DNA of 64,000 nt from Ylistrum balloti. Its lineage: Eukaryota. Made by a program: the position numbers and the translations under genes. A model generated the notes under the pieces. It searched no databases. It was not told the origin of the DNA and saw only the letters and a list, made by a program, of their open reading frames with translations. The stretch is from contig NW_026781955.1 of assembly GCF_031769215.1 (NCBI RefSeq), positions 1,178,001-1,242,000 of the forward strand, given 5' to 3'. Positions 48,997 to 62,191 of this stretch are shown here, piece after piece (the stretch's first letter is position 1; every line of letters starts with the position of its first letter).

Positions 48997-50869
48997 CTAT
49001 TCATCATTGGATGAACGAGACTTCTTTTTTTGTATATCATTGTCAATTATTTCAAGAAGATTTTCACTGTAACGTTTCAGTACAGATGGCACCACATAAG
49101 GTACACCCATCAGGAAACTGTATGTAAACCAGCTATTCGGATTTGCTGCTACGCCATATTCTCCTTTGGCATTACGTCGCAATAAGTTCACAACACGAAT
49201 CTGCCCCTCACCAGGAAACAGTTTATTTTGGAAAGGAACACTCTGAAGTCTCCTAGCAGCTTCAAAGTCATAAACCGGTTTGTTCAGTTTCTTTCTCTGT
49301 CTTGCCTCCTGAAAAGTGAAGAGCATCATGAATAAAACTCTACTTCTTACAGGTTGTTTCACTGACCAGAATCTTTTTATATCATTAATTAGTAAATAAT
49401 TTAGGATTTGAAAACAGAAATTAATTACAAGTTATATTGTTTTTATGTTGATCCCCATGGCTTATAATTCTCCCACTGTTAACTACGTAGTTTTGTGTTG
49501 TTTGTTCTTCATTCCATTCTGCTTTGTTGCCTGGGATCTATCTCCTACACTTCTTAAGTTGTCACTGGAACCTTATTGAGCTAACAGGTTGTGTATGATG
49601 TATCAAAAGAAGCTCACTCTGACCTACATTTTGATCTTTGCCCTAGCTACATTAAAGAAAATGTTTGCCTTGACTCTATCTCCTACATTATACATCTGTT
49701 AAATACTGAAACTTCTTACTTGGGGCATGGGTTTTACATGAATTCTTGGCACATAATTTCTATATGGGACTGTAATAAGTCATGTTGTGGTGATACAGGT
49801 CAGGATAACTACTTCTGTTTGTTACATTTATTGCCCTGTACTGTGTAACTGGTGGCTGTCTCACTGAACAACATATGGGATGCCCATCTTATGCTATCCA
49901 GAGCAGTAAGTATACAGTGTTTTGTCAAATGCCACAACCATAACAGCACAGATGAGTTTGTTTCTCGGTTTCCTCAGAAACTTAAACCATCATGGGTAAG
50001 GAACCTCAAACCACATGCCTCAGATTTTCACCTGTCATTATGCATGTAGACCAATGCTCTACCAACTGAACTATCACTGCCCCTTAGTATACATTATCCA
50101 GCTGTTTGCATCTCTCTTAGAATCAACTTGTTTATTACTGATAGTTTTCATTGTGTTGATGTTTGATATAGAATTTGTACAATACTGATGTTTTATACAG
50201 GTACATGTGATGTGGAATGTGATAAAAAATGTTTGGTTGCTGGTTAATTACCTGAAGAATATGACAGAATGTGCTGAGAGTAGAAGAGATATGCATCCAG
50301 TAGGATGGCTGGAAATATACACGTTTTAAGAGAACTTCTTTAGTTTTGGTACAAACTGCCATAAAATCACACCAAGGCACTCCTGCCATGTACATCTGTC
50401 CCTGAATCTGTGCCATGTAATATCTTGGAATCCTTCCCCAGTTTTCACCATAGCCAAACAAGTTATGCACTGGTGCTTTGAACTCACAAACACCAATGAC
50501 TTTACCAGTTTTGTTGGTTATAACTGCATCTGGTGTAGCACCTACCAGACCCTTCAACATATCACTCTCTCGTGGAACCCAGAAACCTGAGTCTCGAGGC
50601 TGGTGTGATTCATTACTCCCCATAAGCAACTGGTAAGCTTCATATATAACAACCTCTGTATCAACTCCGTGTTTTTTGTAAGTCTTTTGTTGTGATCCCT
50701 CATCATCTTCGAGCACATCTTCTGACTCAGGGTTGACCAGGTAACAAAGAAAATCAAATGGTCGCCCTCTTCCAACCCCTAAGGCTTCCCCAAATCTAGA
50801 TGCTGTCAGAACTACTTTTTTCCTCTCTTGGAACCATTCCTCTGATCTTTGTTTCACGTCTATCTCCAT
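48997..50869 (-). CDS. YqaJ-like/lambda-exonuclease-family PD-(D/E)xK nuclease (~309 aa, 2 coding exons)
   Basis: Exon 50869-50252 has QRSEEWFQER...LTASRFG, HGVDTE, LVGATPDA, CEFKAP and YYMAQIQGQM...WCDF. It splices phase 0 (cag|gtaatt ... ttttcag|) to exon 49308-48997. An in-frame stop lies just upstream of the ATG. Confidence 0.88.
49990..50083 (-). mobile_element. Degenerate tRNA-like SINE head or tRNA pseudogene in the YqaJ intron
   Basis: The minus strand reads ggggcagtgatagttcagttggtagagcattggtct...atctgagg...ggtttgagg. The A-box is clear, but the B-box and cloverleaf are decayed. Confidence 0.5.
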
Positions 50870-51929
50870 AGTATATTATCAATCGAGATAATTATCATAA
50901 TCTCTAAATTTGGCTGCTAATACCTTGGTGCTTTTTTAAATACTCCTCACATTTTGTTGACCTGGAAAACAAAATAAATAAATATTAATTAAATGTTAAC
51001 ATCAATTTAAAATCATTAACAGTCTGATTACTAAATTACCAAATATATGCGAGGAATAATTGAAGTCAATAATTTCCATTGACCCTATAATGACCCTCTC
51101 CAATCACAGGTATTAACCTTGACTATCTATATACTCATTCTATACACACAGATTGAGTGTATCAACTGATGAGGTTAGTACCTGTGATGCAATATTTAAA
51201 GTGTGAACTCATTTGAAACAGGGCTCTCGATCTGCCAGATTTGGGGCGGACATTTGACCCCATTCCCAATGCAAAATAGTATCTTTTTTCCCCAATTTAG
51301 ACCCGAAGTTTTCCCAATTCTATGGAAAACACCATTATTTTTCCCAATTCTAAGGGCCCCGGGCCCCAGTCCCAAAATGGGTGTGAGAGCCCTGTGAAAT
51401 TTGAATTTCTTCAGTGTCCTCTCGCTCCAACATCAGACATTTGATACAAATTCTGATAGACCGCTGTTTGGTGTGGAGCCTTTTCATTAGACAGCAATCT
51501 GTCCATCAAAATTATGTGTTGTGAAAAGGAAGCTAAGCTCTGATATTGCTCTGTTTTCAAGAGTTTTTCAGGTTAACTAAGACCTTGATAAAAAAATGGG
51601 GAAAGAACACTTCAACCTTAAAAATGATTTTTTTTTTAAAAAGTAACACTCCGAGTTCTGATACTTTCTTTGACAACAAACTCTAGTGTTGGTATCCAAA
51701 ATTTGTAACCTTACTTTGATAAAATCCTAAATCTGTTATGTCAAGACTGTCTCCAGCAGCTGTATAGAGTACACTTGTGTGTATGTACCAATAGGGGACA
51801 CATTACATATATAAAATTTTTAAATAAAATGGATCAGAGCCTAAAAAATACATGTAAGCTCCAATACACAGATGAATTCTGTAATAATTTGCTGTGCACA
51901 TATATATGTACTGGTGTAAAAGAAAGTGG

Positions 51930-52245
51930 TAATGAAAAAAATCTGCCGTTGCCTGGTTTCACAACAGCTCTCCTTCGGTCTCTAGTCGGATACTCTTTGA
52001 CTCCGCTAATAATACGAGGAAATTCTCGAGGGTAATAAGTCAAACTGAACAATCTCTACACTCCGCCCTCCTTCACAAAGTATTTGACGACAACAAAAAC
52101 CCAGGTTCTATATCTCCAAGACAGCTGATCAATCTCCTTGCGCTTGTTATCTTTGATTGGTGAACGGCACTAAATCTGTATTAGGAGGGAATATTAAAAA
52201 TATGCAGCATTCGGCGGGAAAGCAGATCGAACGCGTGTCAGTTGT
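51930..52245 (-). mobile_element. tRNA-derived SINE-like copy or copies
   Basis: Body is homologous to 39700-39800. It is locally CpG-rich in otherwise CpG-poor surroundings. Confidence 0.55.
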
Positions 52246-55200
52246 AGTTTAATGATATCAAATAAATAACTAAATAAAACGGCGATTGGGAGTTTATCAT
52301 TCAATAATAGATATAAATATATCAACCTGAATGACTTCCAGCTTTGAACATACATTCTTTTTTCTAGTAACGAACTGATGATTAATATTTAGCAATGAGA
52401 AATTTGTGTCTTGTTTACCTTTTATGCAATTACCACTTTTTCCTACCTCCGAGTCTAAAGAGTTCGACTATACATAGTTCTATACAGAGTTGTCGTTCTT
52501 TATACATGTACAGTATGTGTGAATTATGAGATTGGAAAAAAATAAAACGAACACAAAAACAAAACTATTAGCTCGTTTTCCAATCCTCTTTTGGTGTTTT
52601 TAGTATCTGTTATTGTACTTGTTTTATACAAATGTTGAAAATGATAGTATTGTTTAAGCTAAACCATAACTTAAACTACATCTTCTGTTTGAAGATCTTG
52701 CCACTCAACTCGACATGTCAACCAGTAACTCAATCATTCCTCCTTTGATTTGGACATATCTTTATTTATCATGAAATACGCTTGTAATTATACCACTGTT
52801 CACCTTTCTTGGAAAAGAAAACTCTCTTTATAAGAGAACGAAGGCGTTTTTTTCGGTGTAGAATGGGGTATGGTGATGTACAGAGTGGAAAAGTTAAATA
52901 TTCTAATAGAATAATTTGTTTCAGAAGAGGTGTTAAAGATTGGTCAAAATCTCTGGAGTTCTTTAAAATCCACAGTCAGAACTGAATACCGAAGCCAGAT
53001 ATATATATATATATTAGCATATAAGCTAGTATTTCGTCTTTGGGAAGATTGGAAAATTTGTTGCAAAAAAAAATTCAATCGGGAATAATATTCACATAAT
53101 ATTTCATACAAGGTTGGAGTTTGAAAAGAGCTTATCAAGACCTTGCCATATCCTTCAATTATACTTTCAGTTATTCTGGTGATGTGATGTTTTGAAATAA
53201 AATTACTACTTGATCATGTCGAGCATATACAAGTATACCCACATGCATGTACACCGCAGTCGTTCCTTCGAAAAGCTGGTTTCCTTGACGACCTAAGACA
53301 CAACCAACAGTGACAGCTTTCCATTATTTTGCAGAAGCGTGATTACCTGTTTCCAGAATTAGCAACCCTTCTTCATCAACCTATGATATTTACAAGTCAC
53401 AATTATTTGATATTTTGAAGACAGCTCGTTCCCAATCATGAATATTGCATACAAGCACGTTCCTATTAATATACAACACATTTTGTTTTTGAGGTTGAAG
53501 AGGTATTTTATCAAAACATGTTTATAAGAAAACAAATTAATAGCATCAGATGCCTCTATTGTAACTATACTAATGATTACATAATGCATTACATAAATCA
53601 AAGTGCAAAATAATGGTACATCTCGTATGAATCATGATTGAACTTTAAAGTCGCAGAAAGGAATGCAGTGGGTAGTGCAAATCCTGTTTCACAAATTCAA
53701 TTCTGAGTATGTCCACCATTCACATTGATGCATGCCACACATTAACAACTTATCAAATTACACATAAATGGCCGAGGAATGTTCCGTCATGTGCCTGACA
53801 AAGTACCATGTAATGTGTCAAATGTCTGGGTTTTTTTTTTTAAAAGTTAAGTATACACAGTTATGTTTTTCGTGAGTAAATTTCTCTGCTACTATGAAAA
53901 TACACCTACTATGAAAATACACAACAGAAAAAAAAATCAAACATGAAAGTAGCTTTTTTTGGTTTTATTTTCACTATCATAACATGATTTGAATGTAAGC
54001 AGACAATTACAATGAAATGATCAATTCTTACATAGTAAACCTGTTACCACTCATATCATAATATCTCGTAATATATATATAATGATATTTACAACATAAC
54101 TGCAAAACTGCCGTCATTTACAACTTATGACATATGTCACATTTTTATTAAAACAAAAAATAAAAAAAACTTTGTGGATAGGGATAACGCTACATTATCC
54201 ATTACACCTCTGAGTTAGCTCCCTTTAACTTCTTTTAATTGTTTCCAACTTTAATTTCAAGTCCATTCTTATATGATTCTTTAATTATTTAATAATTTAA
54301 ACTGTCACCAAGTCACTTTGGAAATCTTCAGAGAGGAGATGCAATTTATTGTAAGAAACATACATCCTTAAGTCTGAAATGTAAAATAAACTTTCTTCAA
54401 ATACTTCTGGAGTCATCAGTGACTTGTACATTGAACCTGATTTTCAATATTCATGAACACAAAATGCAATACCAATATTAATTTATTAATATAAATATAT
54501 CTAGTATATGAATAACAGTAGATTTATATACATACAATAACAGTCATTAAGTAATCAAGCACTTATCTTGTTCAATGTTTTCATAAAACAATTACTCACC
54601 TTGAACTCTGACTTCTCAGTTAGTAAATGAAAAATTTGTGAGCAAACTTGATGACAGGAAATCTTGTGTCTTGAACTATATAAAAATTACATCATTTAAT
54701 GAATGATATCTTTTAAGAGATTTTCTATATCTCACTGTTATTGAGCTGCAAAGAGAGTTAAAACATATATATTTGATATATCTGTCAACAAAAAATCTAC
54801 AAGTCAAATATGACTATTCTTGAAACCCTCGCTCAACAGAAGTGTAATCTTATCTAACTTTAATTTCAGTATCAATACAGTTCATATCAAAGGCATTATC
54901 AATTCCATTTAAGGACTGACAGGAAGGTCATAATTCACAAATAAATTCAAATGTCGATGGGCTAGCTCTGCAAGACATTACAAAAAAAAAATGCACAATC
55001 AAAATAAAATTCATACCAACCTGGTAATACAATTTAAATGCAATCTCAAATGAAAATGAGGAATTGTAATTTTTCCAAAGTAACTAAAAATTATAATTGC
55101 CATCAGTTTTCACTGTATTTAATTCAAAAATTTTAACTTGAGAATAAATACTGAGAAACTTGTCAAGAAGCTCAAACCACTCCTAAATAACACATAATTC

Positions 55201-58200
55201 TCAATTTAGTTCATCATGATGCTAAATTTGAACCAGAAAACAGTAAAGTGAGTGTATATATATGAAGGATGGACACTTCCTCGGGTCATGCCAAACAAAC
55301 CATGACAAGTGTACTGATTTCAGAGATACATTATACATAGTACATTGAATTCGGGGTATTCAGTTAAGCCTCAAGGATCTGCAATTTCAAAAATAAAATC
55401 ACAAAAGGGTCAAAACGCATATTTGTGAATCAAAAACATCCTCTCAAGAGTCTTCTAATTATTACAGAATTTTTAAAAAATATACAATTTTAATTTCTAA
55501 ACCAAAGAAATAACTTATAAAATATTTCAGACAGATTATCTGTAGATGAGGATTGTTAAAAGGCACTTTCTGACAAGATCTTTTGAAAGTTTGCAACTCA
55601 GAAAAAAGTTATTGGCCCAGTAATGGTGACCAGCCTGGCTGCCAGAGATCATTAAAAACAAATATGTATTGAACCTCTGATCACAGATAAGCACCATGTT
55701 TTTCATCCATAAACTATAGGTACAGGACTTGGGTCTTTTGTATGATTTGTTTCTCGACATCATTTACCCATAACATTGCAAAATTTAGAAAAATGTACAT
55801 CCAATAAAATAATGTGTAATGGTATACAATGTACATGCACTGGTATATATCTAGATCTCTCTGATATTTAGCCAGTACTTGAGCTTATGAACAGTACAAA
55901 AAAAATAGATAAACATACAATAAAGTGTAACAGTTGACAGTTATGTCCATCCATCAAATATACAGTAAACAATATATATACAGCTAACACATAAAGGAAT
56001 TGTAACAAAAAGACGTCTTGTCTTCAAAATATCAAAAATGAGTGCCATCTAAATATAAAGGTACTTAGAATACATTCAGTGATTTTCCTGATCAACGAGT
56101 TCCTTTCACATGACCGCTTACTGTAAAATCAGTAATTTTTGTGGGGAACTTATTTTTGTTGATTTAGCAGATGCTCTTAATCAATTAATTTTTATGACAA
56201 CAAAAATGATAAATGGATAAAAGTTGACAAGAATCATAGTACTAACGAGTTTCATGAGAGATTCAACCACAAAATCAAAATCTTTTCATTTATTTTTTGG
56301 AAAAGCTCAAAATTTGAGCCCCACAAAAATATATGATTTTATAGTAACAGGTTGCTGAACAACCTGTATAGGATACAGATGACAAACTGACCTTTTTTTT
56401 AAAAAAAAAGAAAACAATTTCAATACTTTACGTTGAATAAAATGCTGGTGCTTTTTTATATATATATAAATGCCACCAATATTTTCATTTATCATTAAAT
56501 ATCATTTATTAATAAGTATGCATACAAAATGTTTATAAAATATATAACATCAAAAAAAAAAAAATTATGACAGTGATTTTCTCTAAAATCTCGCTATAAA
56601 CAATTAAAAAAAAACAATAACAGGCTAAAAAGTAAACTCCTGACCTAGTAAGAGGAAAAACTTATACAAAACACCATGTCTACATGTTTTTAGAAATCTT
56701 TGAATGAATGCTTGAAGTTTAAATTTGATTAGTTTTATTTTGTTTTCAATAAATGTGAAATACGAAACAAAAACAATATTCTGCTACAAAGCAGAGTATA
56801 AATGAAAAAAATTGGTTTTAAATAGCCTTTATCGAATTGTACATCAATATCACCCATTATGCTCTCTTTGTCATTTTCAAATTAAATATCAACAACAAAT
56901 ATTACTAAAAACTGGTCATTGTTGATCCTTACATGTTTGCATCAGTCTGAGTTTTCAATGTTCCAACTAGAAATATAACGTAACACATGTTTTATCATAA
57001 ATCATAACATAAAGTTCGACATATGTGACAAAATATTTTTCTCTGGAAGTTTGAAAAAAACAAACATGATCTTTTAAATAGTAATTAGGTTAATTATGTA
57101 AACAATAATTCAATCAACTGAACAAACATGGGAAAAAATTAAAAATAAACAGATTTATCACCAAACTTTAAAGGCTGCCGATTCTATCAACAAAATTTTA
57201 CAACCACAATATGTATTAAGTAGCTGATAACAACTGAGTTCTCAATATCTATATTTAATGAATGTGTCAGAATAGTTCCAGATACCTTTTTTACAGCAAA
57301 CTACTAAAAGATCTTTTGAGGAAAAATAAGTACACATAAGCGGCTTTTAGAATGAAATATCTTTGGCATTCATTCAATTTTAAACATCTTGTTTTTTCAT
57401 TAATCACATTTTGAAAAGGACCTATGGCAGAAGTAAACAAAAAATCAATAGATTACTGGCTCGTATAGTGCTATATTTTGGGTATATACTACACAAATTG
57501 TGATATGTTAGAGAAAGGTTTAAGGAAGTTTAGTATAGCGTTACTGAATAATTACTTTTTTATCATATTTGGCTATGAACCATCACGGTTAGCAAAGTCA
57601 TTCTGCTTACAAAAAAAGCTCAGTAAATAGTATAATGTGAAAACTACTGTAATTTAACCCCACCATCACAGATAGTGCTTAATTAGAATCACTGACTTTC
57701 AACACATATACACATAAAATGAAAGTACATTTCTTCCTAAACTACATCTAAATGATATCATATTCAAAGTATTACAGTTAAAAAGAAAGCTGTTCTACCA
57801 ACAAAAATGATTAATTATAACCTTATTGAATGTTTGACTTGTACCAGGCAAATAAGTACAGGTACATTATTAATTTCAATTGTAAAATACCTCAAGAAGT
57901 CTGAGCTGATTTATGTTTAAATGCATCTTTGATATACAATAATACTATACTGGTACATATCTTTATACGATAAGAACACAAAAGCGTGTAATTTATGAAA
58001 TAGTGACATTTCAGAATTACATGTGTTTATATTAGGAATCGAAGTTGCTATCATTTACTAATATATGAGAGATAACTTTAAAGAAAATAAAATTAGGGCA
58101 ACCTACCTTGGACGTGTAAATGATTGAAATTCATGTAATATACAGGTATGTGTGGTCTGTACATGTGTGGTCATTACAGTTATACACATTTTGTAACTTT

Positions 58201-60418
58201 AAATTAGAAAGAGGTAGTGTCTACAAAAAACTTAATTGGTACAAAATTGGTTTTTAAATAAAAAAAAATAATAAATACAATGCTAGAGTTAGGTTATGCT
58301 TTTCACACCTCTGTGATGTGATTCTAGATACAGAATGACAAAGAAAAAGGCTGAACAACACATGCCCTCATCATCTTAATGGAATGTTGTCAAAAAATAT
58401 TTCAACATAAGCAAAAACATGTCACAAGCTACATGTATGTTGCATTTAATTCCAGTTATATGTGCTGTTTTTCATATCACACCATGACCAATATTTTGCA
58501 TCTTCAGCAAGTTAAGAGAATAGTAAAACAGAGCAGAAAAATCTTATTTTCAAAATCCCACAAAGAAATATAATTTTTGCTGGTTTTCAATTACACTTGA
58601 AACAAAACCATAGACTTAAATCTATATCTTAGGTCAGTGATATTACACTGTCTACTGTGATGAAAGACATGTCTATGAATTATAAAAATAAAATGTAGAA
58701 AAAAAAATATGTGATTAAAGAAGTTATTGATCATGAACTTCAATATTTTCTTCTCCCAAGTCGAACTTAAATGTACTTGGTTCACACAACTCTCTGTAAA
58801 ATGGAGACTTGTGTATTATCCGATAAGGAACATCTTATAACAAACTGTACTATCATATATGTATACAAAGCCAATACATACATCTTTGTAATTTTGCTTT
58901 TTTTTCTTTAATACAATGCAATAACTAGCCTGTGTACTTCCCTGGCACAGTCAAGAATAGACCACCTGAATCAAAGGAGTTTCCAGATATCTCATTTTTG
59001 GTATAAAGCATAGAGTAACTTGATGACAAATTTTATCTTACTTCACCAAAATAGACTACAAACTTTTCCTACTTCTAACAAGCACAGTTGGTTAATGTCA
59101 AGCATTTCTTTTCATTTATCAATTTCATATAGTTATTTTTTTCCAACGGATTCTTAAAGTCATTTATATAATTGGATGAAATTGTCCAATTAACTTTAAT
59201 CAAATCTTCACAAAAAATTACCTGGTGTGAAACAATGTACATAACCAAATGATTTATTTCAATGACTGATATATAAGTGGTTGAATTGTATCATTACACA
59301 AGGAATGGTATTCATATTGCAAGCAGTACAAAATCATGTCTGTCCATACTTTGGTATGAAAGAAAAATCAGCAAAGGGACACAACTCTGTTAACAACAGA
59401 GCAAGATGGCACATTTTCAGTACACTTCAATTATATCTATACCTGCAAACCCAAGGTTCTTGTGTTTCATCTGAAACTTTGCAATGACCTGGTGAGGTAA
59501 CATGATAGTAATTTAAGTTATATCTATATCATAATCTATACATCTGATTATGTCATGATAAAGTAATTCTGTTGCATACAAATCGGGTACATGGTTAATT
59601 TTAGTAACCTTATTTAACCTTATAAGCACACTAATCACTTTACTAACAAATACAAATGCTGTGTGTGGGCTATACTATTTACAGGGAAAACCTATCACAT
59701 AAATTGAAATATTGAGACATGAAACTTTGAATATGTGTACATTATAGATCATTGAAGTAAGCAACCTCTTTCATTTATAGGATATAACAGTCAGTTGACC
59801 TATTTTCCATAATTTCATAGAAAAAGGAAAAGTGATGAGGCGGCAGAGAGGTGTGCAATTGAATGGGCAGTTTTGCTTTATAGGTAGAACTATATTAGCA
59901 TGCTAAACTTACAACAAACCTAAATGGTACTTGAACAGGGTCATATATGCTATTGTTGGCAGTTGTAGATACCAGCTATATCAAGGATATGGCCCAAAAA
60001 ACATTTCTGCTAACATACCAAAGAAAAAAATTTCATCTTAAAATACCATCTATTTGGAAGGATTCTGGACTTTTAAAAAGCCCTTCCTTTAATATTGTCA
60101 AAATAGAGAATAAATGGTAGGGATAAGCTAAATAAATATGTAATAGAGGTCATTATTCATTACAATAATGCTTTAGCTAGGGATCAAACACAGGACTTCT
60201 GACTTACCAGTGTCACGCTAAACCTATCAAACTATAGAGAAGCTCTCCCTAGTTGAAGACAGAAGGGTAAATCACCTCAATGCAAACACAGGTATTTTTC
60301 TTTAGGCCTGCATTTAACATTATAAAAGAAAATACGAACTGGCAAACAAATTGCAAATTAATTGTTTCAATAGGCAGTTTCAGTTGGAGACTCCCCTTAA
60401 ATAAAGCTTCATAATATG

Positions 60419-61876
60419 TTATGAAAATGTACTGCTCCTTGGTTTACCACGTCCAAGATAGAACCCTGGAGTCCCATCAGGACCTTTGGGTTGTCTCATT
60501 ACTCCTTCCATATCTAACATGTGATGTCTTCCATTCGGACTGCGTCCAGGGGTTGAGTTATTAGCCAATGGACTGATTTCCTGAGCAGCTTTGAGCCTAC
60601 GCTGTACCCAAGGACTAGAAGGGGTACTGTCTCCACCAGAGGAGTAATCATAAGTCTTTCTACTCATTTCTGGACTGCTTCTAGGGCTGTTCCTAGGACT
60701 GTTGCTAGGACTTCCATGTGTCAGGGGTGACTTAGTGTGCTGATTTCGGCGACGGGACCTAGGGCTTGTCATTGGACTAGATCTTGGACTAGAACGAGGT
60801 GAAGTCGATGGGCTTAGTCTATTGGGGTCCAAATGATTTGGACTGAGTGACTTTTGATGATGTGCAACAGAATGCTTTACAGGTGTGGGAGTATCAGCCT
60901 CAGACCCACTACTAGCATATGATGAATCATTTTCACAAGCAAGTTCATCAACTCTGTTTTTCTTCCTTCTTTCTCGCCTTTTCTTTTTCTTTTCGTGGTT
61001 TTCCTCCCCATCTTCACCTTCGTTTTCCTCATTCCCTTCTTTGTCCTTCTTTTTTTCTTTCTTTTTCTGAGGAGCTAGAAGCATGACTCTCATACCTTTC
61101 CGCCAATCTTCAGTATCTGTCATTGTATCACAGGCAAGTTTAGCAGATTCATGCTTTTCAAATTCAACAACGCAACATATTGTGGTACCAATTTCAGTGT
61201 GTTTTGCTGCATATTTCTTAACATCCTGTGGTATACTCTTGCCAGGGCGCAGGATACGAATTAATGAAACTTCACCACACTTAGAAAAAAGTTCAGCCAC
61301 ATTTTCAATTGATGGCACCTCCATAGGAAGATTAACTGCAACGACTGAACGTGAAGGTGTCGTTTCGTCATATTCAGGGAGTGGGTCTTTTCGTCTCACC
61401 TTCTTTCCTTCTTCATTCACTTCAAGATGATCAGAATGTCTTAAGCTGTATGCTACAGCACGGTAATCTTTTGTTAAAGACTTCACTTTCTTAAAAGAAG
61501 TAATAAGTTTGATGCTCACATAACCTTGTCTGTTTCTTCGAACGTGTTTCAACAAAAAGGCATCCTTCAATATGTTGACATCAGAAAAGTAGAATTCAAC
61601 TTGTTTGATTATCTTGTCGCGTAATTCATCAGTCGGAGGGTGGAACTCGGGCTCTGGGGACTTATCCCGGTCACCGTCCCCCTCCTCCTCGCTCGTGTAC
61701 ACAGAGCTCGTGCCATCTTCGTCTTTTATTTGCTCAACACGAAGAAATGGGGCCACTGGGGACGAACTCGCGGCCACGTTGTTTACTACTTCTGCCGTCT
61801 GTTTAGGAGAATTACCGTCGTCAGCCGGTATTTCATGAATGACAGGGACGCTTTCGTTCACAACAGACCCACTCAT
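60419..61876 (-). CDS. LARP6: La-related protein 6 (Acheron), 485 aa, single coding exon
   Basis: La motif (IIKQVEFYFSDVNILKDAFLLKHVRRNRQGYVSIKLITSFKKVK), RRM-like PSRSVVAVNLP...VEFE, an SP-rich region, and a C-terminal SUZ-C/LSA motif (RQPKGPDGTPGF). Confidence 0.97.
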   Translation of the reverse strand: MSGSVVNESVPVIHEIPADDGNSPKQTAEVVNNVAASSSPVAPFLRVEQIKDEDGTSSVYTSEEEGDGDRDKSPEPEFHPPTDELRDKIIKQVEFYFSDVNILKDAFLLKHVRRNRQGYVSIKLITSFKKVKSLTKDYRAVAYSLRHSDHLEVNEEGKKVRRKDPLPEYDETTPSRSVVAVNLPMEVPSIENVAELFSKCGEVSLIRILRPGKSIPQDVKKYAAKHTEIGTTICCVVEFEKHESAKLACDTMTDTEDWRKGMRVMLLAPQKKKEKKKDKEGNEENEGEDGEENHEKKKKRRERRKKNRVDELACENDSSYASSGSEADTPTPVKHSVAHHQKSLSPNHLDPNRLSPSTSPRSSPRSSPMTSPRSRRRNQHTKSPLTHGSPSNSPRNSPRSSPEMSRKTYDYSSGGDSTPSSPWVQRRLKAAQEISPLANNSTPGRSPNGRHHMLDMEGVMRQPKGPDGTPGFYLGRGKPRSSTFS

Positions 61877-62014
61877 TGTTTCAAAGTAGAACTATTTCAC
61901 CTTCGAATGATCCAAAACAAACAGCTTTCCGTCTATAAGGCAGTAAAATTGTAAGGAATTCCCCCACAAAACTGCGTGCCTTCTTGACTAGCTGCCGTGT
62001 GTACGTCCTTGTGA

Positions 62015-62191
62015 TGACGTCAAGCTTTCTTTCCATTTCCGTTTCCGCAATGGTATCAGGGGGCATCTCAACATTTTTTTGGAGCAGACTAGTGAATTGA
62101 GTGGTCACGAATGGGCACAAAGGATAATAGATATATTTCTTTTTCATAAGAACTTTATGAAACGATCCGAATATTCCCTCCGTTGTCCAAT
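62015..62191 (-). promoter_or_regulatory. Probable LARP6 proximal promoter (CRE, tandem ETS, CCAAT)
   Basis: TGACGTCA at 62015-62022, two TTTCCG (CGGAAA) at ~62035-62047, CCAAT at 62187-62191, in a CpG-rich context 140-310 bp upstream of the ATG. Confidence 0.5.

Noticed and set aside
49990-50083. Possible functional tRNA gene
   Set aside because: It has an A-box only, with no intact cloverleaf or B-box, so I treated it as a SINE or pseudo-tRNA.
50135-50251. C-terminal tail of the 244-aa YqaJ ORF (VINQQPNIFY...)
   Set aside because: It is probably intronic, since a good donor at 50252 joins in frame to the 49308 acceptor.
4206-61876. SHFL, PHAX, the nuclease and LARP6 as one functional nucleic-acid-metabolism cluster
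   Set aside because: The sequence offers no evidence of co-regulation, and such neighbourhoods occur by chance. Conserved synteny would be needed.
60885-61954. Plus-strand ORFs opposite LARP6
   Set aside because: These are antisense shadows of the LARP6 CDS.
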